DNA of 64,000 nt, from assembly GCF_018977255.1 (NCBI RefSeq), contig NW_024704742.1, positions 7,690,001-7,754,000 on the forward strand, given 5' to 3'. Below, piece by piece: positions 52,703 to 64,000 of the stretch (the first letter of the stretch is position 1; every line of letters starts with the position of its first letter). The notes below the pieces were generated by a model. That model ran no database searches. It was not told where the DNA came from and saw only the letters and a list, made by a program, of their open reading frames with translations. Both the position numbers and the translations under genes were made by a program. Source of the stretch: Callorhinchus milii. Lineage: Eukaryota.

Positions 52703-53027
52703 GTGGAGTCCTGTAGCTCAGTGGTTAGAGCACTCGCTTTGCAAGTGAGAGACCTGAGTTCAATTCCAGGCAGAGGGCGAAACCTTGGGCAAGTTTCCTT
52801 ACTCCACACAGAGCCTAATAATAATCCCTCCAAAACCAAAAACAGTAATAAATTGGTCATTTTCAATCCACGACTGTTTGTGGGACATTGCTGTGCGCAA
52901 TTGGCTGCCGCGTTCGCCCACAAATATACAGTCAATTCACTTTACAGTGTGTTCTGTGAAGCGCTTTGGGACGTCCTCCCGACGTGAAAAGCGCTATATC
53001 AAATGCAAGGATTATTATAATTATTAT
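52703..53027 (+). mobile_element. Young tRNA-Ala SINE, full length
   Basis: Near-identical to the 5708 and 21606 copies. Confidence 0.92.
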
Positions 53028-54549
53028 GTTTATCATACTGTACCATAATTGATGTATTTGTAAGTAGTCTTGTCATCCCTTTTCTAGTTTTCATCCAGAA
53101 ATAAATATAATGATAATAATCCTTGCATTTGATATAACGCTTTTCACAACTTCTAGACGTCTCAAGGCCCTTCACAGAATCTGCATTTGTCTGGTTTTAT
53201 TTTGTACAAGTAAAATTAATCCCTAACGCCTTAATAACTGATACTGCAATCTTTCACTGCTTTACGTTTTCACTGTTATGTCTGGTTGGCAGAATAATTG
53301 TAAACTGGCTCAATTACTCTGCAAAATTCCAGAGATTTTTTTTTGGAAGTGACAATTTATCATTCGCAGTTCACGTTATATATAAGAATGACATTTTTCT
53401 TTTAGCATATCTTAACTTTTAACTGGAGAATCTTTTTCTTAGCTGTTCAAATCCTCTCTTGTCCGTTACTGGCATTGATTTATCCAACGTTAAATTGCTG
53501 GGAAATAATAATACAAATTTAAATTTAGCACCTCTCACGACGAGTTATGAGAAGTCACTCATTATTACAATGTTTATTTATTCCAATTCTGCGAGGCATT
53601 GGAAATGAAAGAGGGATATCTGTAAATCTGTGAAGTGATTGATTTCTTTAAAAATTAGTCCGACAATCTTATCAAAGCTCCCAAGCAGAGGATAAACAGA
53701 TCACTCTCTCACGGCCTGTCTTTTGGATGAACGAATGCAAAGATTTTAACAGGTTATTGCACCAATAAAAAGCAAGTTTGTGCACTGGTGAGATATATCT
53801 CACGACATTGCTATCAGTTTATGTTCCTTTGTTGGCTGTCCAATCGAACAGTTTTACTTATTTCCAGAACAAGTAATGACTTAATGGCATGTACACGGAG
53901 CCTTTCTCCGAGCTAACCCAATTTATATCTGCCTCCTTATCCAAATTTACTTCATTTTCAAATTAACCGACAGCTCATTGTCGTTTATGAGAGGTTGTTG
54001 GCACAGATTAGCTGCAACATATGCCTGTACGAAAATTCGCTTCCAATTAATTTTATTTCAAATAGACTTTGAGGCATATATTTTACATGAAAGGAATTAT
54101 ATAAATACAAGTTTTATATATATATATATATCTACTCTATGTAAAAAAAAGTTGTTATTCAGCAAACAAAGCGTGTCGACCTTGCAGGCAGCAAACCATC
54201 AGCATCGCAAGCCGAGGAAAGTAAGAGAGATGTTGCAAATTGTGAATTCCGCCCCTAAGGCACGGTTAAATGTGGTCGATCGGAAGCTGGAGCATAGCTC
54301 CGGGTGGAGAAGTAGGCCACGATTGTTTTCTGGTTTTATCCAGCTTAAACCAAATTGTGAAGTTCATCAATTAGCTCACAAATGTACAGCTAATTCACTT
54401 TGCGGTATATTCTGTGAAGCGCTTTGAGTTACGTTGCGAAGGCGTGATAAGGCGCTACATCAAATGCAAGGATTATTATTATTATTGTTAGGGCAATGAT
54501 TGGATTTTATAGGGTTTGACCCAAAATATGCAGATCCAGTATTCAACAA

Positions 54550-54900
54550 GAATAAATTGCATTGATATAGCGCCTTTCACGGCTGAAGGTGCTGAGTTGA
54601 GGGTTTGCACCTGAGCTGGGGGATGTTTTCGGGAGAGTCTGGGGGGAAAGATAACCAAAGGCGTGATCAAAGAGGAAAATCTTGAGATGGACCTTGAAGG
54701 AGGTGAGGGAAGTGGCGAGGTGAAGGGATTCTGGAATGGAGCCAGTGGGTTGATAGTATCTGAAAAAGTCACAAAGTGGGGCAAGATTATGGAGGGATTT
54801 AAAAGTGAGGACAAGGATCTTGAACTCCATCCTCTGGGGAATGGGGAGTCAGTGGATGCAAGGATGGAGGTGATAGGGTTCACGGAGCCTAATGCATGAG
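54550..54900 (-). mobile_element. Degraded L2 3' fragment
   Basis: ORF 54543-54830 MEFKILVLTFKSLHNLAP..SIPESLHLATSLTSFKVHLKIFLFDHAFG. Confidence 0.8.
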
Positions 54901-57005
54901 CGGACATGAGCTGCAGAGAAACGATGCTATCTTCTACAATTAAGTATTTACTAAGGATATTCCAGGAACTAAAAGGGAATCTACCTGGAAATGAAATCTT
55001 AAGATTTTTGGGCGGGGGGGAAAGAGCAATATTTCTAGGAACAAGGAGTACACACATGCGACTCTGGCTACGCAGCAAACAGTAGATACAATCTTGTGAG
55101 TGTTCATCTCAATAAATAAAAGTCCACAATTTCCTAGCACTGATTCCCAGTTTGTTTTGTTCATTCGCGACCTATTCTGTACCAGGCATGCCTTAATCAA
55201 TACAATTCATTCTCTGTCAGCTAGTTATGTGTGTACCAGAATTCACAGAGCCTGTATGCTACTATTCAAAAGACGGAGCTTAAAACACTGGATGAAAATG
55301 ATCCGTTTTACCAGTAATTTCGTATGAAAGCAGGAACCAAAACGCAGCTTCTGACGGGCGACGTGAATCACAACTGAGCAAGAGCGAACCTCAATATGGC
55401 AACACGCTGATACACGATCCGGAATGATTCCATCTTATAATTACGATGATATAATAATAGTTGGGAGAAGGCAACAAAAAAAAGAAATCGCTTACTTTTG
55501 AAATCACATGATTCGTTACAACCAATTTCAGGTGCAGTTTGTTGTTGGAATGCAAGCGATCAATTAAAGGTTCCATTAAACCCTGAGAGATGAATGTTCC
55601 TTGTTACTGGACAACCACACCAGGTTTTGAGCGCACGTGTAATTCTCTCTTTTTTTATTTGAAGGTTTTGTTTGGCATTTTAAGGTTGACCCATTAAAAC
55701 GCACAGTTTGTCCGGCTTTAGAAAGCAAGGGACCCATTGACGGCTCGCGCTCCCTAAAGTATTATTCCTTCCCTTTTGTGAGACCGAACGCTGCAGCAAG
55801 TCCCCGGGGGTAAACTTCAGGCAAGTTCAGGAATTCAGCCAGTACTAAATCGGCAATGGTTCGGTTAAAGAGCTGAATCAGCAAAATGTTACATTCTGGG
55901 CATTTCACATTACGGCAACGGGAACACGAAAAGCTAAACTACAAAGAGAACCTATACTTGAGTTTGCAGACTTCTCCCAGTGCAAAGTAATGAACCTGCA
56001 AACTATTTAAGGGCCCCATTTACGTTCCAAATAGTAGAGGGCCACAAAAGCACTATTACTGCTGTACAGGTAGACTATTACTAACACATAGCATCACAAA
56101 GTGATAGCCTCGAAAGTTTGTGCCCTCAATTTTCTGCACGGCAAAGCTCTAATCTCGGGCAAGTCTCTGGGAGGGTTCGTGAAGGGCTTCTACAGAGGGA
56201 GGGGGAGACCTAAAATTATAGTGCAGGTCACTCAATGGTGAGAAGTTCAGCCAACTTTTCTAGAGGTTTACTAGCGAGTTGCCTGTCCGGCTTAAATGAG
56301 GGAGAAGCATTTGATACGGAGGAAGGGGTGTGGGTGGAAGAGATTTTTAAATAACAAAGAATGGCTAAAATATTTTCCATATTGTAAACCTAATCCTGTC
56401 CTAAAATAGGACAGGACATGCTTTAATACAAAGCAGCGTGGCAGAGCAGTGTGGGAATTTCCATGTGTGGGTGGGAGGCATGGAAATCTCAGCTTGGTTT
56501 GGATACTCTTAGGCACGGTGATGGGTTTCCGTGGGTGGCAGACACCCGGCTGACCAAAAATAAACAAGGAGTGGCAGAGCGAATGGCTCTGCAAATTTCC
56601 TGCCATTTATCTACTTCAATTGGTCAAGAATAAAGCACTCGCAGTGAGCTGACCCATAGGTTTTTGTGGCGTGACTGACCACTTGTGCAACAGTGAAGCA
56701 GAACTCGCTCACAGTGTTCAAAGTACGCACAAGGGCCAATCTTCATTTTGGCACATCACACGTGTGCACTCCTGCAGATTTGCACTCTCTCTTGAAGGAT
56801 AATTAGACATTATTCAAAATAATATAATCCTTGCATTGGAGAGAGCGCCTTTCAGCTCAGGAGTAGATCAAAGTACTTCGCAGGATTCACTGGAACATGT
56901 AGCGACTGTGTGTTTTGCAGGCAATCGCGGCGTCCAATAAAAATAAAATAATAACAATCCTTACTTTTAATAGAGCGCCTTTCACATCGGGAAAGCGTCC
57001 TGTCC

Positions 57006-57317
57006 TGGAGTCCTGTAGCTCAGTGGTTAGAGCACTCGCTTTGCAAGTGAGAGACCTGAGGGCGAAACCTTGGGCAAGTTTCCTTACTCCACACAGAGCC
57101 TAATAATAATCCCTCCAAAACCAAAACCAATAATAATTTGGTCATTTTCAATCTACGACTGTTTGTGGGACATTGCTGTGCACAATTGGCTGCCGCGTTT
57201 GCCCACAAATATACAGTCAATTCACGTTACACTGTGTTCTGTGAAGCGCTTTGGGACGTCCTCCCGACGTGAAAAGCGCTATATCAAATGCAAGGATTAT
57301 TATTATTATTATTATTA
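57006..57317 (+). mobile_element. Young tRNA-Ala SINE lacking the B box
   Basis: gacctgag|ggcgaaacc: 17 nt (ttcaattccaggcagag) missing relative to the 52703 copy, at a GAG microhomology. Confidence 0.9.
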
Positions 57318-57485
57318 AAGCGAGTGCTCCAACACTGAGCTACAGGCCTCCTAATATTGAATGAGTGTTGTTAATGCCATCATTGGAGGTAAATGGCTGG
57401 GAGCAATTGCTGAACCAAACATTTTGAAGAAGCTGCATTAAAGACCATAGCTGAAATTACTGACATATTTTGAGTTAATGACCAC

Positions 57486-57806
57486 TGGAGTCCTGCAGCT
57501 CAGTAGTTAGAGCACTCGCCTCGCAAGCAAGAGATCTGGGTTCGATTCCCAGCAGGTCAGGGTGAAACCTTCGACAAGTTTCCTTACTCCACACGCCTGA
57601 TAATAATCCCTTAAGAAAAAAAACAATAATAAATTAGTCACTTCAATCCACGACTGTTTGTGGGACGCTGCTGTGCGCAAATGGCTGCCATGTTTCGCCC
57701 ACAGATATACAGTCAATTCACTTTACAGTGTATTCTGTGAAGAGCTTTGAGACATCTAGAAGACGTGAAAAGCGCTATATTAAATGCTAGGATTATTATT
57801 ATTATT
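57486..57806 (+). mobile_element. tRNA-Ala SINE, intermediate deleted type
   Basis: Head with CGC anticodon loop and gggttcgattccc; tccacacgcctgataataatccc junction; tail loop tagaa. Confidence 0.88.
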
Positions 57807-60800
57807 GCAACTGATGTGATTCAGCCCCTCGCACTGTAGGGTTCAGCATGTTTAAAAATTCATCCTAATTTTCTACAATGTTTTCTTCTTAAACGAGCAC
57901 CTGAAGGTGCGTCCTCCTCTTTCGTTTGCCACAGAACCGTCAGCAAAGAATGACTGTCTGAATGAGCCATCATTATAAAAATGGGACGAGAGGTTTCAGC
58001 AGCTGTAGTCACAAGCAAGGAGTTACGCACAGAGCAGCTTACAAGCAACCAAAATAACGCACATGGCAGGGCACAAGTCAGGAGTGAGGTTTAAAGCAGA
58101 CAGGCAGATTGGAAACTAACATGTAGAATTGGAGCAAGCTAGCAATTAGTATTCCGCTACATAGAATACGTGCAACTAACGATGCTGTCAACATTGCAGC
58201 TACAAATATCCAGGCTCTCCTCTTTCTAAAGATGTTTCTCCGTTGCAACTGTAGAAACATTCCTAAGCATTTTTTCCTTGAATTGTGTGCTGCTTACACA
58301 AGCATCTTACACTACATCCAGCTGTAAATGCTCAAGAATCCTTGAGACCCACTTGGAAACATTTGGGAGTTTTCATTTGCATTGTTACTATTTACAAGGA
58401 AGTGAAGTGGGCAACTGCATCCCTTCAAAATGCATTCAAAACGCTGTACTGTGGGCCAATAGCACAACATCCCCAAATAACATTGTACAGCCCCCATACA
58501 GGTTGCTGGGATATTGTTTGACAATCATTTGAAGGCACTAACGCAAACTGTGCCCACATTCTTCCTGTCTTGAATACCAACTTGCAAATGATTAACTCAT
58601 CAAAGCTGTTTTGTTTGTTACGGTATTTTAATTTTCCTGTGACTGCGGTGATTTAAAAAGTACAAAATAAAAGCAAAAGATATTGGATTTGGCAGACAAG
58701 GCAGACTAAAGGGCTTGGAATTGTGGACTGATGGGTTCACAAGTCCACTTTAATGTACAAAGCTCCTGTTTCTATAATAATAATCCTTGTATTTGATATA
58801 GCGCCTTATCGCGTCCTCGAGGCGTCTCAAAGTGCTTCACAGAATATACTGTAAAGTGAATTGACTGTATATTTTGTGGGCAAACTCATCAGCAAACAGT
58901 GCAGGTAGGCACTATCCTATTTTTAGTCGTGGATCAATACAGTAAAATAAAAGAAACAAGGACAGTAACGCAAAAGGGATGAGTGGCCGTGAATGGTTTA
59001 AAAGGCACGTACACCGAACATTGTCAAAGTATCTCCAATTTCCAGTATTAATCAGCAAACAGGGTTTGTGCCAGCCTCAGCATCCTATGAGCGTGATAAG
59101 ATCAAAAGCATGTCTTGCGTCCATTCCACAGGCAGGATGTGTTTTCTTGTTGATATGAGGTAGGGCTGGTATATTTGAATGTGCAAAGAAGAATTAGCAT
59201 TCAGAGGCACAATAAGCTTTTCTAGGTTTGCCATCGCCGTACAATCGACACTGGTGTTCACTGGAGGCAGGCCTGCAGCAGCGCTACACGCAGGAGAACG
59301 AGACGTCGCTTTTAAACATCTCAAACTAGTCAACGCTATTGCCATTCCTCACTTTTGAAAGCTCAATAGCAAAGTCAGTTGCTATATTCGGCATATTTCG
59401 GCACCGTGCTTATGTGCCTAACGTGTGTTCAGCCTCACTTTCTTTCCGTAAGAACGAACAAAGCGCGTAACAGTCAGAGCGTCCTTGTAAATCAAGTACC
59501 ATCCTCTTAATACTGAACGCAGAAATCAGTCTGAACAAGAAACAGGACAGCAATAAAACAGCAGCCAGCGTGGAAACCCAGTGCATTTGCTTGTTTGCCT
59601 CAATAAATTCATTAACTACACCAGTAACCACACCGTTCGCAGCAACGGCTCTTTAATTTACTGACACCGTATAATTATTGAACCTTCACTATGTTTCATT
59701 GTTTCTGTTTCATTGGTGATGATCGACTGTTAACTGAGCCAATACTTGGTCCTGGCTTTTAATTTGTCTTCCCACAGTGACTGTAGGAGTTCTCACTCCA
59801 GCACATGCCCTGTGAAATAATAAAGACTGGCTTCCATTCCGTTAATGTGGCAGAGAATCAACTGTCTAAGAGCATAAAGCCACAAAATGACAAATGGTTA
59901 GAACTGAGACAATGCGCTTTTTAACAAATAAAAAAAAAATTATTCTATTTTAAAGCGCTGCTTCTTTTCATTTCCACTTTGCGACGTCTCGAAGACCTGA
60001 TAAGGCGCTACACCAAATGCGAGGATTATTATTATTATTATTATTTCAGCTTCAATTTAATGAATATAATTAATATCTATTTTAATCTTTTTAGATCTGC
60101 ACCATAACCTTGTACGGCTTGCTAAACGCTAATACAAAATAGTTAATCAATCGAATTCAACAACCCATGAACTGCAATTAATTGTCAAGATCATAACAAC
60201 ATTTTAACATTTCGTCGTCTGATTTTATTTCAATTATTTTATTAAGACACTGTACCATTGGAATGTATTTTCAACACTTGATCTTAGAGAAGGAAGATAT
60301 TTATGTGTGCTCCTTTTTTATTTTACCCATTTCAAGCAAATTCAATAATAAAAGCTCTTGGCTCTGTTACGTATTAACACATTCAGCCTTAACAGTGTTA
60401 CATATTTTTGAAATGTTATTTCTGAAGTGTTCCGCACTGTTTAAACGAAGCTAAGTTTTTGAACTTTTCTTTGAACTAATAAAAAATTGTTTTAGATTTT
60501 CAAAACGTGAACATGCGCAGTTTAGTGAAAGAAAACATCATTAGCAACAATAATTTACAATGTCAATGTACATCTTATAGGGTGCTTCACGGGTAAATTC
60601 AATTGTAACTTGCAGAATGTGGGACTTATAATAATATCAAGCCTCTTGCTCCGTTTCTGGCAAAGGCTCAAATAACCCATTGTACTCTGTAGAAGAATAA
60701 GTCATTATTCTGTCAGTCACCATCCAGTACTGTTTCAGAAGCACTCTGACGCTCACTGATCAAATAGGACCAGTCGAGATTCAAGCTCGCTGGAGCATAA

Positions 60801-62141
60801 TGATAGCTTCAACCCCGCAAATCACGGCCACTCTCACATTTTTGCCACTGTGACTGGAATGCACAACTAACCCCGAACATGTTTATTCATAAAAATAATA
60901 ATAATAACAATAAAACATAGCGACTTTCACGGTCATCGCGACATCTCGAATCGCTTCACAGGGTAATAATGTAAAGGTGACTGTGGATTTTGTGAGCAAA
61001 CGTATACAAAGTCCTGATAAGTAACAGAACCAAGAACCTTTATTGTTATTTTTTTTCAAATAAAGTTTAGGGTGAACGGGTTGGGCATTTGCTGGGTTCC
61101 TGAATGAGTGGCTGCCTGAATACTGCTCGAAAATTCTGGTAAACTTGGTAAGACTGAGTCAATCAATTTAGGTGCGGGGATGGCTGGCCACAGACGGCAA
61201 CACATGCTTTAAACAGAGCTGAGGAGAAGACTCGCAGTGGAGAGCGTGCAGAACATTTGTGAATCTCGAAAAGAAATTCAGAGGAAAGGATTTCATGCCA
61301 CGAAGTGGAGCTGCCACACAATACGCCGCCTCAACCTACCCCCCACCTACAACCCCCCCACCCCCACCCCCACCCCCACCCCGCGCAAACAACATTAAAT
61401 TGCTGTTTGTAGCATTATTTGCCCCCAAAATACGCTTCACAGTATATTCCGTGAAGGGCTTTGAGACGTCTGAACGACGTGATAAGGCGCTATATCAAAT
61501 GCGAGGATTATTACTGTTATTTGTACTCACAAAGATCAAAATTATTATTATTATTAAGATTTTACAACAAAAAGGAAATTGAAAACACGATCTCTTCCCC
61601 CCACAGGAATGACATTCTCTTCGTTTCAACTGAAAACCACACTGACTGAGAGGCTTAAAATCCTCTTTTAAAACATTTTTTTTTGAATCATCTGCTTGTT
61701 TATTAAGTTCCTCAAAAAAGATTGTCCCACAAACAGCGGTGGCTTGAGTGATCAAATTCTTGTTGTTTTACTTACTTATTTATTTTTACGAAATAAATTC
61801 TATCCGGTTTGTTTCGCCCACAAAATGTACAGTCAGTTCGCATCGCAGTGTATTCTGTGAAGCGCTTTGAGACGTCTCGAAGACGTGATAAGGCGCGATA
61901 TCAGACGCAAGGATTATTATTATTATTATGATTATTATTCTTTCTGTAGGTGGGGAAACGTCCGCCAACTCGAAACATGTTTCCGGCAACTTTCAATTCA
62001 ACTAGAAATGTCCAAATCGTAAGAAAACACCTAAAAACACGTTCTTGTTTTTTCTCCCCCCCCATAAAAATAGGACAAGAGGTAACTCTGCAGATCGTTA
62101 ACCAAAAGGCATTAACGAAATCCGCAAAATACCAAGTTGGG

Positions 62142-62213
62142 TGGAGGGAGGGAGGGAGGGAGGGAGGGAAGGAGGGAGGGAGGGAGGGAGGGAGGGAAGG
62201 AGGGAGGGAAGGA
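62142..62213. repeat. (GGGA)n simple repeat
   Basis: Direct reading. Confidence 0.9.
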
Positions 62214-62340
62214 AAAGACATAGACATCGATTTTTGAATTGAATCCAAAGCAAAGGGAGAGAAGCTGTCAATGCACTGAATGAAATGAACATCGATTTGT
62301 TTCAGGAAACTGAATCCGTAGTTTAGGTTAAAGAAAAAAA

Positions 62341-63440
62341 ACACAAACACAGACACACACACACAGAGACACACACACACAGACACACACACACACACAC
62401 ACAGACACACACACAGACACACACACACACACAGACATACACAGAGACACACACACACACACACAGAGACACACACACACATAGAGACACACACACACAC
62501 AGACACACACACACAGACACACACAGAGATGCACAGACACACACACACACAGACACACACACACACAGACAGAGACACACACACAGACAGAGACACACAG
62601 ACAGAGACACACACACACACACAGACACACACACACACAGACAGAGACACACACACACACAGACACACACACACAGACACACACAGACACAGATACACAC
62701 AGACAGAGACACAGACACACACACAGACAGACAGACACACAGACAGAGACACGAACACAGAGACGCAAACACAGACACAGAGACAAACACACACAGAGAC
62801 ACACAGACAAACACACACAGACACAGAGACAAACACACATTGACACAGAGACACACAGACAAACACACACAGATAGATAGATACACACACACAGAGACAC
62901 ACACACAGAGATAGATACACACACACAGAGACACACACACAGAGATAGATACACACACACAGAGACACACACACAGACACAGACACACACACAGACAGAC
63001 ACACAGACAGAGACACGAACACAGAGACGCAAACACAGACACAGAGACAAACACACACAGAGACACACAGACACACACACAGAGACACAGAGACAAACAC
63101 ACACAGACACACACACAGAGACACACACACAGATAGATACACACACACACACACACACACAGATAGGACTAATACACACACACACACACACAGATAGATA
63201 CACACACACAGACACAGACACACAGACACACACACAGACACACACACACACAGACACACACACACAGACACAGAGACAAACACACACACAGATAGATACA
63301 CACACACACAGAGATAGATACACACACACAGAGACACACACAGACACACACACAGACACACACAGACACACAGACAGACCCACAGACACACACACAGACA
63401 CAGACACACAGACACACAGACACACAGACACACAGACAGA
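62341..63440. repeat. About 1.1-kb compound (CA)n/CAGA/GATA microsatellite
   Basis: Direct reading; the source of the spurious Cys/Val-rich ORFs. Confidence 0.95.
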
Positions 63441-63592
63441 GCCCAAGTGAAATATGTTGTTTTTTTTGACACCAAAAGCCAAACCAAATATAAATAGCAA
63501 TCACCAAAGGAAGTAAATGAAATAAAAGGTCGGGATTCTCACCATCACCGAATCCCACAGAGTTTTTTTTTGGTGCTTTTTTAAAAAGTCAA

Positions 63593-63633
63593 ATATATAT
63601 ATATATATATAATATAATATATATATATATATA
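63593..63633. repeat. (TA)n microsatellite
   Basis: Direct reading. Confidence 0.9.
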
Positions 63634-63788
63634 TGGTCTGAAACAGAAACTGACAGAAAAAAACTGCAGAGTCCCAATGTATCACTGGTCAGTGTTACAC
63701 TGTAGCTGTTCTGTGTAACACTGTAGCTGTCAGAGGGCACAAGCACTCACTCTCCCCCCCCCCTTTCTCCCCCTTTTCCCCCTTTTTT

Positions 63789-64000
63789 GGGGTGTGGGGG
63801 GTATGTGTGGGGGTGTGGGGGTATGTGTGGGGGTGTGGGGGGTATGTGTGGGGGTGTGGGGGTATGTGTGGGGGTATGTGTGGGGGTGTGGGGGTATGTG
63901 TGTGGGTGTGGGGGTATGTGTGGGGGTGTGGGGGTATGTGTGGGGGTGTGGGGGGTATGTGTGGGGGTGTGGGGGTATGTGTGGGGGTGTGGGGGTATGT
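63789..64000. repeat. G-rich minisatellite with about 20-bp unit GGGGGTATGTGTGGGGGTGT, running off the window
   Basis: Direct reading, roughly ten units. Confidence 0.92.

Noticed and set aside
61901..63558. Long Cys/Val-rich ORFs (528, 390 and 277 aa)
   Set aside because: Translations of the (TG)n-type compound microsatellite, which has few stop codons; no protein signal.
50328..64000. EPHA5 exon 1 (signal peptide ending ..NE, phase 1 donor)
   Set aside because: No matching sequence found; donor-like sites near 52404 and 63542 do not encode a plausible signal peptide. Probably beyond the window.
1..64000. CRISPR array, operon or other prokaryote-type system
   Set aside because: Eukaryotic intronic DNA; the recurring sequences are irregularly spaced retroposons on both strands, not repeat-spacer arrays.

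Overview
Repeat-rich vertebrate genomic DNA lying inside one large minus-strand gene, an EphA-class receptor tyrosine kinase that best matches EPHA5. Two coding exons are visible: a 65-bp exon 2 (50263-50327, absent from the ORF track) and the 664-bp exon 3 (32105-32768; ephrin-binding domain plus start of the Cys-rich region). Both have canonical AG/GT sites and compatible phases. Exons 1 and 4 were not found, so the rest is probably introns 1-3. The introns hold dozens of tRNA-Ala-headed SINEs with (TTA)n tails, a longer DeuSINE-like family, 3' fragments of L2 and CR1 LINEs, a few MITE-like elements and simple repeats. This repeat set suggests a cartilaginous fish, possibly a holocephalan (inference). 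Nearly all ORFs in the track are repeat-derived. I see no convincing novel multi-gene system. The best leads are a young SINE subfamily sharing its 3' stem-loop with one L2 subfamily, a stop-free in-frame exon 2+3 unit flanked by inverted SINEs, a nested insertion chronology and several enhancer-like motif clusters. Family names come from recalled consensus sequences, not searches, and repeat boundaries are approximate.
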